Assembly: GCA_965202585.1 (NCBI GenBank)
Contig: OZ241833.1
Span: forward strand, 43,772,001-43,836,000
Direction: 5' to 3'
DNA from: Thalia democratica
Taxonomy: Eukaryota
DNA: 64,000 nt
Under the pieces are notes generated by a model. It was not told the DNA's origin. It was given only the letters and a program-made list of their open reading frames with translations, and did no database searches. This document shows, one piece after another, positions 36,143-49,572 of this stretch. The position numbers were made by a program, and so were the translations under genes. Each line of letters begins with the position of its first letter. Position 1 is the first letter of the stretch.

Positions 36143-38023
36143 ATGATAAAACTTTCATTGAAACTTGATGTTAGTTCGACCAAGTTGCTTATTGGATTTG
36201 TTGGAGTGTCAGCTACATTGGGTGCTCTTTACTACTTGTCTCATCAAAATAAAACAACCAAATTTTTAAAGAGTGACGACGAAATATCCACAAGAGTGAA
36301 AGAGAAATCTGATATGTTGAATGGAAATAAAGTACGGTCAGAAAAGCATAACGCGAAAGTTGTTTCACATATTTGTGAATTGCATGCTGAATATGATCAT
36401 CACATAACAAACTGTGTACGAGAAGGCAATAAGGCTTTGGAAAGTAATTGGCAATCACCTAACACTGAAGCAACATTGACACAAAACAAGGAAAAAATTA
36501 TCATTTTGGATGAATCTGATGTAGGATCACATGTTGAAGATAATAACAATAGTAAAACTAAAGATGATAAACCAGAAGGGAATAAATATTCTGTGAATAA
36601 AAAACCAGACGATATAAGTCAAAAAGAGCCCAATGTATCCAATGATGCTCCTAATAGTCGTGAAGACGAAAATAGTGTTGGGAGAAAAGAAGAAGCTACA
36701 TTAGCAGTAGAATCAGCAGAAAAAGATATCGGAGAAGCTAATAATCCGAAAGAAGATACCAAAGACAATAAAAATGTTGATAAAGTAAACCATTTTGTTC
36801 AACATGAAATCACAAACAATAACTCTTCTGTAAGTAAGAAACCAGATAAATCAAGAGCAAAGGAACAAAGTGAAGCTGATGATGCTCATAAAAGTCGTGA
36901 AGACAAAAATGGTTTTGGAACAAAAAAAAGATCTAAATTGGCAGAAGATTCAATAAACTTTGAAGAGGTTCAGACTTTTAATAGCAATCCACAACTGCTT
37001 GATACCGAAGCAACAATCACAGGAAGCAAGGACAAAAGGGTCAGTTTGGATCATTTTGATGAAGGATCACAGGTTAAAAATAAAAGCAGTAATAAAATTA
37101 ACAATGACAACCAACAAGAAAATGAATCTTCAGTTAATGGAAAACCAGTTGAACTCAGAACAAATGAGCGTAATGAAACTAATGATCTACACAATAAATG
37201 TGGAGACGAAAATACTGTTGGAGCAGAAAAAGAACCTATAATGGCAAAAGAATCAACTGCAAAAGATACAGAAGAAGCTAATGATCTTAAAAAAGATAAC
37301 AAAGACAATAAAAGTATTGATAAAGAAAATCAAGCTGTTCAAAATGAAAACTCAAACGGTCCAAATACCATTGATCAAGCCGTTGGTACAATAAATTGTC
37401 ATTTTGAAAACTTTAAAATTCTTATTCAGTATTTAAATCTTGATGTACAACAGTTCAAAAGTTTGCGTAGCTTACTCGACAGTTATGTTGGCAACAAAAA
37501 AAACAGGTCGAGAGTGCTCAACAAAATAAAAAAACTGTGCCAGAATTATGGCGAAATTTACGAAAATATTCAAGGAAACTTTATGTACGCTAGTCTACAA
37601 AGCGTAGTGAACCAAATATTCGTTTTGAGAACAAATCTGTGGAAGGAAGTTCAATGCGTGGAAAAGCAAATCAATAATTCAAAAGTCGCTGATGAAATTG
37701 AAAGTACTAAAGTGTTAGTTGATCGAATAATTGAACTTATAGAACAGTTTAAATCAGCAGTAGACTTAGCGGTTAAAAGTTTGTTTTTAATGCGTAAATG
37801 GATATGTTTTAGTGAAACTAATGATCGTAAGGATTTTGTTTCGGCTTATAGCAAATACAAAGACAGTTGGAAGGTTTTACTGGAAAAATTTGACACGTGT
37901 AAATACTTGAGTCTGACTGATGATATAAAAATTAGTATTACTTTCATTGTAACTCTAATTGATTATTTTTCTAGCAATTATCAAAATAGTATTTCTATTT
38001 TACTACAAATTTACTTAAGTTGA
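36143..38023 (+). CDS. Uncharacterised N-terminally membrane-anchored protein, 626 aa (A5, subtype A, long form)
   Basis: Intact ATG-to-stop ORF. The hydrophobic segment LLIGFVGVSATLGALYYL is followed by basic residues, two N/K/E/D/S-rich repeat modules and a helical C-terminal domain. There are multiple paralogs in the window. No known family was recognised. Confidence 0.85.
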   Translation: MIKLSLKLDVSSTKLLIGFVGVSATLGALYYLSHQNKTTKFLKSDDEISTRVKEKSDMLNGNKVRSEKHNAKVVSHICELHAEYDHHITNCVREGNKALESNWQSPNTEATLTQNKEKIIILDESDVGSHVEDNNNSKTKDDKPEGNKYSVNKKPDDISQKEPNVSNDAPNSREDENSVGRKEEATLAVESAEKDIGEANNPKEDTKDNKNVDKVNHFVQHEITNNNSSVSKKPDKSRAKEQSEADDAHKSREDKNGFGTKKRSKLAEDSINFEEVQTFNSNPQLLDTEATITGSKDKRVSLDHFDEGSQVKNKSSNKINNDNQQENESSVNGKPVELRTNERNETNDLHNKCGDENTVGAEKEPIMAKESTAKDTEEANDLKKDNKDNKSIDKENQAVQNENSNGPNTIDQAVGTINCHFENFKILIQYLNLDVQQFKSLRSLLDSYVGNKKNRSRVLNKIKKLCQNYGEIYENIQGNFMYASLQSVVNQIFVLRTNLWKEVQCVEKQINNSKVADEIESTKVLVDRIIELIEQFKSAVDLAVKSLFLMRKWICFSETNDRKDFVSAYSKYKDSWKVLLEKFDTCKYLSLTDDIKISITFIVTLIDYFSSNYQNSISILLQIYLS

Positions 38024-41000
38024 TATTTGTATTATTTGATCCTAAAACTACCTGATCCTTTTGAAAAATATAACTTGTGATTTTTCTTTAATATTTACAT
38101 ATAACTTTTTTGTTGACTTTTTGATAGACTAAGTTGAAGTTTGTTATTATACTTTTTATTTTCTACAATACACATTTTTTGTCCGAACTCTAAAATTTGC
38201 TTTATTGTTGTTAATTTTTATTTAGAAAATTACAAACATTTTAATCAAAAAAACAAGTTTATTACGGCTAAATGTTATCAACTAAGAATTTTTATTTTGC
38301 GTTTTATTTAGCACGAGTCGTAACTTTTGCATATGAAACGTTTGATACTTCTTATTTTGTAGGTTTAATAAAAACTAATGTTATATTGAATTAATTATTT
38401 AAATTAACATAAACTTAATACGGTCAGCATCCCTTTGAATACGCATTTTAGGCACTTTATAGTGTGGATTCAAGAAGAATACATACCAAATTTAATTTTA
38501 TTTAAATTTATAATTGAGTAGTTAGGTCGGCGAGATATGTAAAATAATTTCTATCTAAGTCAGTCATTTATTCTAGAAGAAATTATTCGCAGGTAATAAA
38601 AACATCCTTCCTAGGCTCTACTTTTAGAGAAGATATAGTTCATTATATTTTCAAAGTAAACTTAATCAATAATTTAACCATACGAGTTTTTTTGAAAACA
38701 CTTTGATCAAAAACTTGGTAAATTACTTTCTCAAAAAAGAATTATTTTTAATTTTTTACCAATAGCCTATACAAAATAAAAGAATGAAAATAACTGCTCT
38801 AATCTATAGACAGGTTACTTGAGCCTAGAGTTATTTATAAATGACTTCAATTAAATCGAATAGTAAGCATACTTAAATAAAAACTTCAAATTAAAGTTAT
38901 ACTTCATCTATAACTAGGAACGTGAAATACATGTAAACAATTTATTTTACTAAATAAGTATACACTGATAAAATATTATAGTTACTAAGCAAAAATTAAA
39001 AAGGAAAAAAGATACAAATTTTAAAACCTGCATTTCAAAAACTGTTATCATGTGAGTGAGATTTTGATGGATAGATAAGTGTTATGAAGTTTCTATGTAC
39101 TTTTTTAACTTTATCGATGTTTTTTTTAATAAGCGATCAAAGTAGAGTACTGTAGTCTAGCCTAGGACAAACATATAGTATAAATAGTTTGTTTAGAACA
39201 GTATTAGTTGGTCAATGTTTAAAACTTTTTAATATTTGGTAGGATTTTATAGAAGAAAATTTTGTATATGGTCTAGGAACTTTATCTGAAGAAGGTTTAG
39301 AAACAAACAACCAATAAATACTATATACGTTGTATTGATACATTGTTTCGAAAGTGTATAGGTGATGGTGAACTACAGCTACAGACCACAGGGCGCTTGA
39401 GCGGTCAAACCCAATGATACAAGAACGAGTTTGTTCTTTTAAGGAATCTTCATACTGTACATCTGTGATCATACCTGTCATAACCGTCGAACATTCGAAC
39501 GAATAAACACGAAATTGTAATTTTGTAATAAAAAGTATATAAGTTTTCTTTGAAGTGGTGGTGGCTATTTTATCTAAATTCTAGTGTTTATGCTAAAAAA
39601 TATTATTTTAAGACATGTAAAATTGTTGTTTTTTTACATTTATGCATAGTTTTCGGGTTAAACAAATTTTTGTTTGGTTTAAACTCAATCTCAGATTTTT
39701 TATCTTACAATATGTAATTTTTAATAGTTTGTGGAAAAGTTGATTACTCAATTTTACTTATCCTTTTACTTTTCATCATAGTATCTTATACTTGTGGAAT
39801 AAGTTATATAGTCTGTTCATGTAGATAAATTTGAATGACAGAATCATTTGTTATAACAAGCAAAAGATATAATGTATGTTTGTTACTACAGATTCTCGCA
39901 AAATAGATAAATATAACAGTTTTTACTCCAACAGTTAAAATGCCGTTTATATAGGCAAGCATAGTCGCAAGAAACAACTGTTATGATCTTAACCAAGCGG
40001 GCATATGCACTGAAGCGACCGTTTGTGGGAAGTCCGTAAAATTGACGCAGCAAAATATAGATATGATTGTTTTATAATTATAGTTAACTAAAATTCTAAA
40101 ATAATATTAGAAAAAAAAAACCTATCTTTGTATTGTAACTGACATCAATATCGACATTGATTTATAAGTAGATTAAATATTAAAGCTAAGATTGGTAGCT
40201 AAATAAGATTAATGATAACGGTTATTTAAAGTATTAAAGACGTTTAGATGGAACGCCGGCTCAATTTAATATACTAGTATTTACTTTAAAGATAATATTA
40301 TCAAACTAGTTATTAGTGCACGCGATTTTTATTCATACAACATTAATAAAAACATTGTGAAATAAGTGAAATAAAAGAAATTACAACCAATAACTTCTAA
40401 CAAGAGCCCAGTAGGCACATCGACTAAATACAAACGTTTTTGACAGAAAACAAACTCGACGATTAAGTTTTCTATCCACATTCAATAAAACCTTTCTCGA
40501 TTGTTCTTTATACTCTTTGCTACATCCTATCGTCAACACGTCGTTGTGTCGTTCTATCCGCGTGTCGCGTCTCCCCCGTCGATAATCATCCCAACTCGCG
40601 TCTGCAAGCCAATTTCTAAACTCTTTCTCTCAAATTTACTTCACGCTTCTTTTTCTCATTTTCTATTCTCAATACGAATTGCGACATCTCATGAAACATT
40701 TAAATTTCTTAACTCATTGAAATGATTTAGTAAAACGAAACAGTAAATATAATGAGTGGTTCGGTAAAGTATACTTACTATCTTTTTGAGTATATTTTTA
40801 AGTATAGTATAGTACATATAAAAAAATAGTTTTAAGTATATAAAGCAAATATATCGTTTTTATATTTGGTAGGCAAAGAGTCTTGTAAACTATTATTTGT
40901 ATTTGTTCCTATTTAATTTTTGCATTAAGTTTTGTTTTAATAATCGAGACTATCTAACTATTGTATAAATATTTAAATACATAAAGTAAAAATATATATT

Positions 41001-41967
41001 TATTTTGAGCATAAGAACTTTAATTGTAAATTTAGATACTTATTAAAGCTATTTAAGTTTGAATCTAAAGATTAATTTTTTGTATACATTTCTTATACTA
41101 GTTAAATGCATAAAGCTTTAACTTAGGTGTTGCTTTTTAGCTAAATAAAACTTTTTTCAGTTAAAATAGTTTCAACTTGAGTTAGTTTATTTAATACTTG
41201 ACATTTATAGATCTTTATACAGGATAATTTGAAAATTTAATACAAGTTTGTCTGAGTATAAAGCTTTACGAGGGAAATTACCACTGCAATGGATTTTTTT
41301 TACCTTTAATATAAAAAGTTAACTGATAACTACTACAAGTATGTCTAAGTCTACTACATAAAAATATATTCAAAATAAATATTCACTTTTTCATAAGAAT
41401 TAAAAACATTCCTTTTCAATTAGTTTGGAAGATAGTTTGTCACTGTGATTTAAAGAGGAATACATATTTTCTATAATATTATCAAAATTATGATTTTAAA
41501 TAAAAACACATGATATAGCTTTTTTCAAGTGTTTAATAGCTATATATCTATATTAAAAATTTGTGTTTTTTGGCACCATTACAAAAACGCTAACTTATCA
41601 CTAATAATTTACAATCATATTGATAACAACTTGTCAACTAACTTGAACAACACTAGTTTAAAAATTCCCTCCCTAGAGAGTAAGTTTATAAAGAATTTCT
41701 GTGCATTGCCATTAATAAGTTCATTTATCTCTAAATATATAAGTTATTAAAATAAAAATAAACTAAACTGACTTATAGAAGTTCATATTTTTCAAATATT
41801 CCATACATTCAAAAAAATGCTTAATAAACAATAAAACTTAAAACTGAAAAAGTTTACTTAATTCTACAAAATTTTGATTATAAAAATCAATGTTAATCAC
41901 TAAATTATGTATATTTTTGATTTTTATTCAATTTAATTTTTTCTAGGTATTTACAAATTTATTTGCA

Positions 41968-43193
41968 ATGATAAAAGTTTCATTGAAACTTGATTTTAGC
42001 TCAACCAAGTTGCTTCTTGGGTTTGTTGGAGTGTCAGCTACATTGGGTGCTCTTTACTACTTGTCTCATCAAAATAAAACAAGCAAGTATTTCAAAAGTG
42101 ACGACGAAATATCCACAGGAGAAAGAGAAAAACCTTGTAAGTTGAATGATAAAAAAGTAGGGTTAGTAAGTCAAAGTATGAAAGTTGTTTCAAATATTAG
42201 TGAATTGCATGCTGAAAATGTTCATCACAATACAAACTTTACATGTGAAGGAATTCAGACATTGGATAACAATTCGCAATCACTTAACACCGAAGCAACA
42301 ATCACTCAAAACAAGGGAAAAACAGTACATTCGGATGGATCTAATGCAGGATCACAGGTTGAAAACAATAACAATTCTAAAACTAACGATAACAAACCAG
42401 AATGAAATAAACCTCTGTGAATGAAAAAAAATTAAGCCCAGAACAAACAAAACACAATAAAACTACTGGTCCTCAATAAGATACCAAAGACAATAAAAGT
42501 GTTGATATACATAATCAAAATGTTCAAAATGAAAACTCTATTAAGATAGAAAGCGAACAAGACCCAGATAATCTTAATTATTTTTAAATAGTTTAGAAAT
42601 TCTTTGTCTGTGTATAAATGTCAATCTGCAACAGTTCAAAAGCTAATGTAGTTTGCTCAATGATCATAAAGGGAACAAAACAAATAGAAGGAAAATTTTT
42701 AATAAAATTAAAGTAAAAGTCAGACTTTCGGCACAATTTACGACAAAATTCAACAATGTCTATCGTACCCTAATCTGCGAATTTTAGTAAACCAGATATT
42801 CAATTTTAGAACATTTTTGTGGAAAGAAGTAAAATCTGCAGAAGCATCAAGCAATAACAATTTTCAAGCGACTGAAAATACTAAAAAGTTGGTTGATGGG
42901 ATAGTTGAATATTTAAAACAGTTTAATATAGCAGTAGGCTTCACTATTCAAAGCTTATTATCATCATATCAAATGGTTCATAATGACCAGGCTGATTAAG
43001 CTAATGTAGAACAAGATTTGAGCTCGGCTTTTAGTAAATACAAAATCAGTTTGAAGTCAACGCTTGAAAAGCTTAATAACTCTAAAGCGTTTAGTGAGGT
43101 TAATAAAGTCCGAAATGACGTTATAGACATAATTATTTTAAAAAAAATGTAAAAAATACAATGTAAAAAAAAAATTTTTTTGGATATGTATGA
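41968..43193 (+). pseudogene. Membrane-anchored family pseudogene (A6, subtype B, short)
   Basis: The N-terminus is intact, followed by a premature TGA at 42403-42405, further stops and frameshifts. The fragment WKEVKSAEASSNN is at 42817-42999. Confidence 0.85.
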
Positions 43194-45200
43194 AAGTACT
43201 TTTTTGAAATATTATTATGAGCTATATATTGTGAATCTATTGAAAACGATTATATTATTTATTTATTATTTATTTAATATGTTTATGAATAATTGATTTT
43301 GTTGTATTTGTGTTAAATTTTTGGAGTTTTTTTTCGTTGAATTTACTATAATAAACTTTTTTGCTAATTAGAAAAAAAAAAGTTGTTTTAAATAAGAATA
43401 TATAACATAAACTAGTTGAAAACAGTTATTTTTGTGTTTATTCTTTAATGTTGTCATTAGTTAACTGTTACCACAAAGTTATCTAGTAATCTTACTGATA
43501 ACCAATAACATCATCATATAAAGAACTAAAGAGTTGTGAACATATTTTTTATCGAAACTAAAATCAATAGTATTTAAATTATTCAATATTTTTGTACAAG
43601 TATGTAGAAATTGGTAATTTGGAAAAACTAACAAGGCACTTAAAAGCGATTTATAAAATTCATATAATAAAATTTATGGTTTAACATGTAACCGCTAAGT
43701 TTTAACCCGCGCACATTTCCAACCGATCAATTCCAAAACGATAAATTCCTACCCGGATCAATCACTCGATCAGTTTCCACCCAATCAATTAAGTACGTCA
43801 CTTTTAAACAGCATCAATTGTACGGTGTTTTATTTTCCCGTGTCACTTTGCCACTAATTATCACTTTTTTATGACAGCACTTTGCACAAAGCGTTCTCTT
43901 TGCATGGCATTAAATTTTTACTGGTGGCATATTTTGCACCAGTTTTTACTTTTGCACAGCTGACATTTTTTAAATCTAATAAAAGTAAATTGACAAAATT
44001 TGTCTAGATACATTTAAGTTTTGTTTTTGATACGAATTTTTATATTTGCATTTTGATACTTATTGTTTCTATTTTACAAATTCTGAATACTCATTTCAAA
44101 GTTCTGTTAACGCAACAGTTTTTTCAAAAGAAAGTCAGCATTACAGCTTTCCAAAACTAATTAACTGCTAACAATAAAAGCAATGCAATTTTTTATTTCA
44201 CTTGAATTGTTCTACATAATTTGTACAATTTCTTAAACTTAATTTGTATTTAAGTTTTTAAGATACTTACTAAAATAGTTCAAAATATGTTTTAAATAGT
44301 TTTAGCTTATAATATTACATGAATTTGTAAAATGTTTTAGTATGAAAAATAAAAAAGCTACATCGACTTTCATGTAAAACAAAAAAAAAACTTAAAGGCG
44401 CACTAGAACAAGAATCAATACATACATTCTACAACAAATAACTTCTAAGTTAAACGATAGATTGAGCTTGTAAGACATAAAGATATTACAAAAAATATAT
44501 GAACAGTTTTCACACACAAATCCTGTCAAAAACTATGTAACAGATAGTAATTTATCTAATCCATTTCTTAAAACTGCACTTACAAAAAATACGGGGCAAA
44601 CAATTGAATCCAACTGAAGTGTGTGCTTATTATAACAAGGACCTGGTAAACAACTGACAATAACGCTTTATATTTTATGTACACACTTCTACGTTTGTTC
44701 TTAAACTACTTACGTTTTTAACCTAATAGGTTTATTAAGTGTTTAGTTAACTTATACTATAGCACAACCAAAAACAGATTATGTGATTAGAAAAGTGTAT
44801 TTTACAATTAATAAATGTGAACAGAAAGTAACAATAAAAACCAACACAGCAAGATAACAAATACAACTTTAGTAACAAATCACCACAAAATAAAATTTCT
44901 CGAGTTAACAGTCTAACTTAAAACATACAACATCGTTCTGCAAGTAACGAGTTTAATGACTATAAAATTATAGCTGCAAATAGCCAGAACAACAAACTTA
45001 AACCAGTCGAAATAAATCAAAGTATGCGTTTCTAAACAAAAAAAAAACGCTTGACTAATAGCGTTCTCAAAAACGAGAAAACTCAATTAGCATCTCATTG
45101 TTCTCCCTAAAAAGCTTTTATTGGAACAACTGCTACGTTTTTAAAACAATTTAATTGCTTTAAAAGTTTTGTAAAATCAGTTCAAGCAAAAAACCTTTTA
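42500..45200. repeat. Inverted paralogous block of about 60550-63400
   Basis: For example, 44920-45050 (catacaacatcgtt...gtaacgagtttaatgactataaaat...aaaccagtcgaaataaatcaaag) is the reverse complement of about 60690-60825. 43680-43830 matches about 62130-62275. Confidence 0.85.
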
Positions 45201-47822
45201 CTAATTTTCAAAAATTAGTTAACACCATACGAAACTAATGTAACATTTACAAAGCTTGTTACCAATAAAGAAAAATGACATAAAAAAAAATAAGTAGCTG
45301 TGGTGCACTTTCTACATAGAAACACGCTCACTCTCGAGTTAAAGTAGTTTATAAGTAACTCTAAGCTCAAACAACTTCTACCTCTAGATTAGAGCAGCTA
45401 TTTTTCATAGTTTTATTTTGTTTAGGCTTTTAGTTTTTTTTTGTGTTTCTTTAGTGTAAGTTATTTACAAAATTCTTGATGCAAGTGTTCTCAAAAAACT
45501 TGTAGTGTTAATTATAAAACTAATTAACGATCAAAATGTATTAACATAGTTCTTTTCTCAGAGTAAAGCCTAGAAAAGATGTTTTCTAACTTTTTGCTAC
45601 TTGCGAATGTTTTCTTTAAGAGTAAATGGTAATTTACTTAAACATTCTGACGAGCTTTGTAGTATAATTTCTGCAAATTAAAATAAAACACAAACAAAAG
45701 CTTAGCATATTAAAATTTCAAAACAAAATTAAGTTGATATTGATTTTTACACATACTATCTTCTAAATTATTTTCACAAATTTATCGTAAATATAAGTAA
45801 AAATATTTTATTACTTTTTATTTTCAAGTTATTGTATTTTATTGATTTAGTTTTCTTCTCTGTATAATTATAAGTTATAAAATATCTGTCTCTTTGGTAT
45901 TTATTTTTCGTTTTTACTCTTCATTTAACACCTGGTTAAGCGCATTTTAACAATAAACAATAAACAAAAATAGAAAAAAGATACTAAAAAACATAGAGCA
46001 AACAATTAAAGCCTTTAACAAATGCTATCTGTCAATTTTTTTTAAGTTAAATTTTTTTAAATATTCATAACAATGCACAATTATTTATGTGTTTGTATAC
46101 TGTTTTTAGGTAGCACTTAACAATTTACACTTATATTTTTTTTTAGTTATTTGCAAATGCAACTTTTTTTTTTCTAACCAAACAACATGCGTTTGTTTCA
46201 ATTAATACCAATTTTAAATTAATTTATACGCACTAGTTTGAGCAGTAGTTCACCTGTAAGGCATTATGACGTAACAACGTGAAAATAGCAATTAGAAATT
46301 TTTGAGTGCGAATAAGAAACAAGTGCTGTTATAATCAATATCTTTATCAGAAATATCTTGTTGTCCCTGGAATTTTTAAAGTCGCCATTGGTGGCCATGC
46401 GTCAACCAATTTTATTACAGTTATTCAAAAATGAAGTTTGAATAAGTTTAGCTAAACTGCAAATTTAAAAACAGTTGTTTTTTGTGTTTTATCCCTTAGC
46501 ATTGTAAGAATACTAATTTAGGCTGTTTAGTTAATCAAAAATTAGAAGTCAGTACAAATTTTTTACAAAAAAGTTTTCAATTTACTTAAAGGTTATTAAA
46601 ATAAATGTTTAAAAATAAATAGTGATGATTTATGAGAATTTTGGTTCGCAAATAACCACAGTTTGTACGTTAACTTCTGAATTTAAACTGTTAGTTATTT
46701 AAAAACTGTTGCAATGTGTTTTGTTACTTCTCCTATTTTGAGCTGTTTTTGATAAACTAAAACTTTCATCTTTTTAAACTTGTCGTAATAAAAAATAGTT
46801 ACCTAGAAAAGTAACTTAATTTCTACTGAAATTAATGTGTTTACAACAAATCTTCCTCTTGTTCCGTCTCCTTCTTTACAAAGTTTTCTGCAGAAGTTTG
46901 AAAGGTCATAAATATTAAAAGGCAATAAATAAGTTTTGTGCAATATATACGCTTACGTCTATCCACCTTACTCAAAAACTAAAATTCGAATGACATAGTT
47001 TACTCAATTAGAGCTTAGAATACACAGAAGTAAAACGTCAGCCAACTAAAGGCTTATTTTGCTGATGATGATGCACAGCACACCAACAATCAACTCCTTA
47101 GAATCATTAAAAAAACCTAAACTTTTTGATAAGCTGAGTTACGCAAAACAAGTTTTAAGTTTTTTTTTTTTTCGCTAAAACAACTGCATAGCCTCTGCGT
47201 CTTATGTTTTTTTTATTATAGAACAAAAAACGTAAAAGAAAAACGAAGATCTTCAATTAAATTGCAAAACAAAACATAATAGAAATTGTTCATATTTTCT
47301 CAAACAGCTTCTTAATGAACCAACTAGTGCAGCTTTAAGTTTTTATAAAGATACAGTGTTTAGTTTAATATTTGCATCATACTCGTGTGTTAATTAAAAT
47401 ATACTAATATATCGTAAAAAAACCAGTACCAATCTTTCTTTATGTACCTTCTTTTCTAGTAAGTGTAAACCTTTTTCATAAAAAAAACAAAAAGTTTAAA
47501 CTATATGATACATTTACATCGTTTTTACATTTTTAAGCAAAGATGGTAGTATACTATTGTTTGTATGTGTAATTTTGCTTTTTTTATTTTTGCACCTAAA
47601 TTTTATTTTTATAATCGAGCAAGTCTTATTATTGTATAAAAACTTTTTTAAACATAGAGTATAAATATACAATAGCTTAATTATTAATAACTAATTAAAT
47701 TAAAAAATTCTTTAGTAACAAGAAGATATCTAATAGCATTAAAAAAAATTATAATGAAGCATTAACTTCAACGGATATTATAGAATAAAGGGATATAAAT
47801 TCTAATAAAAATAAAATCCAAA

Positions 47823-48030
47823 AGATTAAGAAAAATTATACGTTTTAACCCTCCGATTTGCAATTCTGTAAAAACCAGTATAGGAAAGAGGTTTTTGGAC
47901 CTTGTCGGTCTACATTTTCTCAAAAACAATAAATTTCACAAGAATTTTAACAGCCATACAATTAAAATCTCGTACATTTGCTTGCCTAACATGAAAAATA
48001 TCATCAACTAACATAATAAGAAAAATTTTA
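47823..48030 (+). mobile_element. Penelope-like retroelement remnant (region between RT and GIY-YIG endonuclease)
   Basis: It translates as RKIIRFNPPICNSVKTSIGKRFLDLVGLHFLKNNKFHKNFNSHTIKISYICLPNMKNIIN*HNKK. This matches the recalled Penelope-like motif R.IIWFNPP...TNIG..FL.L...HFP...KIFN.NT.K.SYSC..N...II..HN. Confidence 0.8.
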
Positions 48031-48049
48031 GAGGTTGCAAACAGAACGA

Positions 48050-49572
48050 ACAGAAAATGCAATCACAGAAACAAGATGAAATTTCAATTTAATAGTGAAA
48101 GCCTTTTAAAAGATGTATAGTATAATTCAAAATTCTACAAAAAACTCTTGGTAAGCTAATATTTTGGCTAGCTTGCAGGCATCGTGTACAAGAGATGCTA
48201 CTAGAAAAATTTTTCAATTCTTTAACCGTAGAAAAAACAACAACACCCGAGATAGAGGTCTACAAAATAAAACTAAAAAGTTTGCAAAATATTATGCAGC
48301 ACTTTGATGTAAGCTATGTTTTTAATTTAGAATTTACTTCTAAAATTCGTCAAAAATAAAAAAGTTGTTGATTGCCTTGTCTGCGGGTGGTTATAAAAAG
48401 ATTCTCAAACTAGCCAAATTTTACATCGAACTTTAGCCCTCGCAAGGTTTTACTCTTCAGCGTCCTGGATCTGTTTCTAAAGCTAGATGGATGTACAAAG
48501 TCATTTACGTTCTTAAAGTAGTTTTGATTTTACAACAGAACTCATTAAAAACAATTTTAGACACCGCATGTTTAAAACAACTGAAACGCTTTTTTTTTTA
48601 CATAAACTGCTACCTTCCCTATTGGATCAATTGTACTGTAGCTTCTTCAGCTCCTGGCAATAAGTTGGACCTATTAATCAAACAAAAATACAAAAGTACT
48701 GATAAGTTATGTGCAACCTCTTAATTAAGTGCAATGAAAAACCATCTCTGGTGTCTTGTTAGAGAAATTGTTCCTATAAGTTTGTTTGATGATTATACCA
48801 GTAAATCAGTCAAAGCTAAGGTTGCTGATCTTTAAATCATAAAACAAATCAGTAAAACGCATAATCATTTAGAAAAAACAATAAGTTACCTAGTCGTTCT
48901 GCTTAACTTAATGAGAAGTAAGATTTAATAGAATTTGTTGAAAGTAATTACATGCTCTTTTTTATCTAAGACTGCAGTCATTCATTTCGTATTAAACCGC
49001 CAGAACAATGGACTAGTGACAAAGACTACTTAGAGGCAAGAGAAATAGTGAACTACATGAGTGTAGTTAATGACGCTTTCGAAAGAGGTGTGAAATTGTC
49101 AAGCAATTTTGTAATTTCGTCGAGAAATGAAGACACGAATCAAAATAGTTTATAATTTATCAAGGAGGATAGGAAGCAAGTACCAAACCTCAGAATTATG
49201 AATAGTTCAAGAAAGAATATATTGTAACTCGTATTACTTTCGAGTTTAATGAAATACTTCAATTCTCAAACGAATAATAGTGGTTGTTGGATTTTTTAAG
49301 CGATAATGGTAATATTAAGGATAAATATTTAAAAATCTCTTTTTAAAATAAGTAGTACAAGCTATTTGTTAAACTTTAAAAAAAGTTAAAAAAAATAAAA
49401 TCGACCTTTTCCAAATATACCGAAATAAAGAAAAACTTTCAAAATTAATTAGCTCCAACATGCTTAAAGCGAGTTAATTAATGTCTATTTATGTGAATCC
49501 CCAACACCTACAAAAAATGGATTGAGCAAAATTCTAATTTTTTTATTATTGATGGGCAACAGATGCACACTA
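48050..49572 (+). mobile_element. Decayed hAT-superfamily (hATm-like) transposase remnant with right terminus
   Basis: The motifs occur in order: WLACRHRVQE (CxxH), PGSVSKARWMYKVIY, APGNKLDLL, NHLWCLVREIV, SVVNDAFERGVKL. The terminus is ...gatgcacacta. It has stops and frameshifts, and the left end was not found. Confidence 0.8.

Larger units (their letters stand above)
27882..38850 (+). repeat. Segmental duplication unit (copy 1), paralogous to about 48712-60390
   Basis: The order is collinear: hAT remnant, MITE, subtype-B gene, shared 3' flank, gacacgtcgacttcacaac block, subtype-A gene, 3' flank. Confidence 0.85.

Noticed and set aside
39212-39481. 89-aa minus-strand ORF in a slightly GC-richer patch
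   Set aside because: No recognisable motif or paralog, and no clear splice context. It cannot be supported without a database search.
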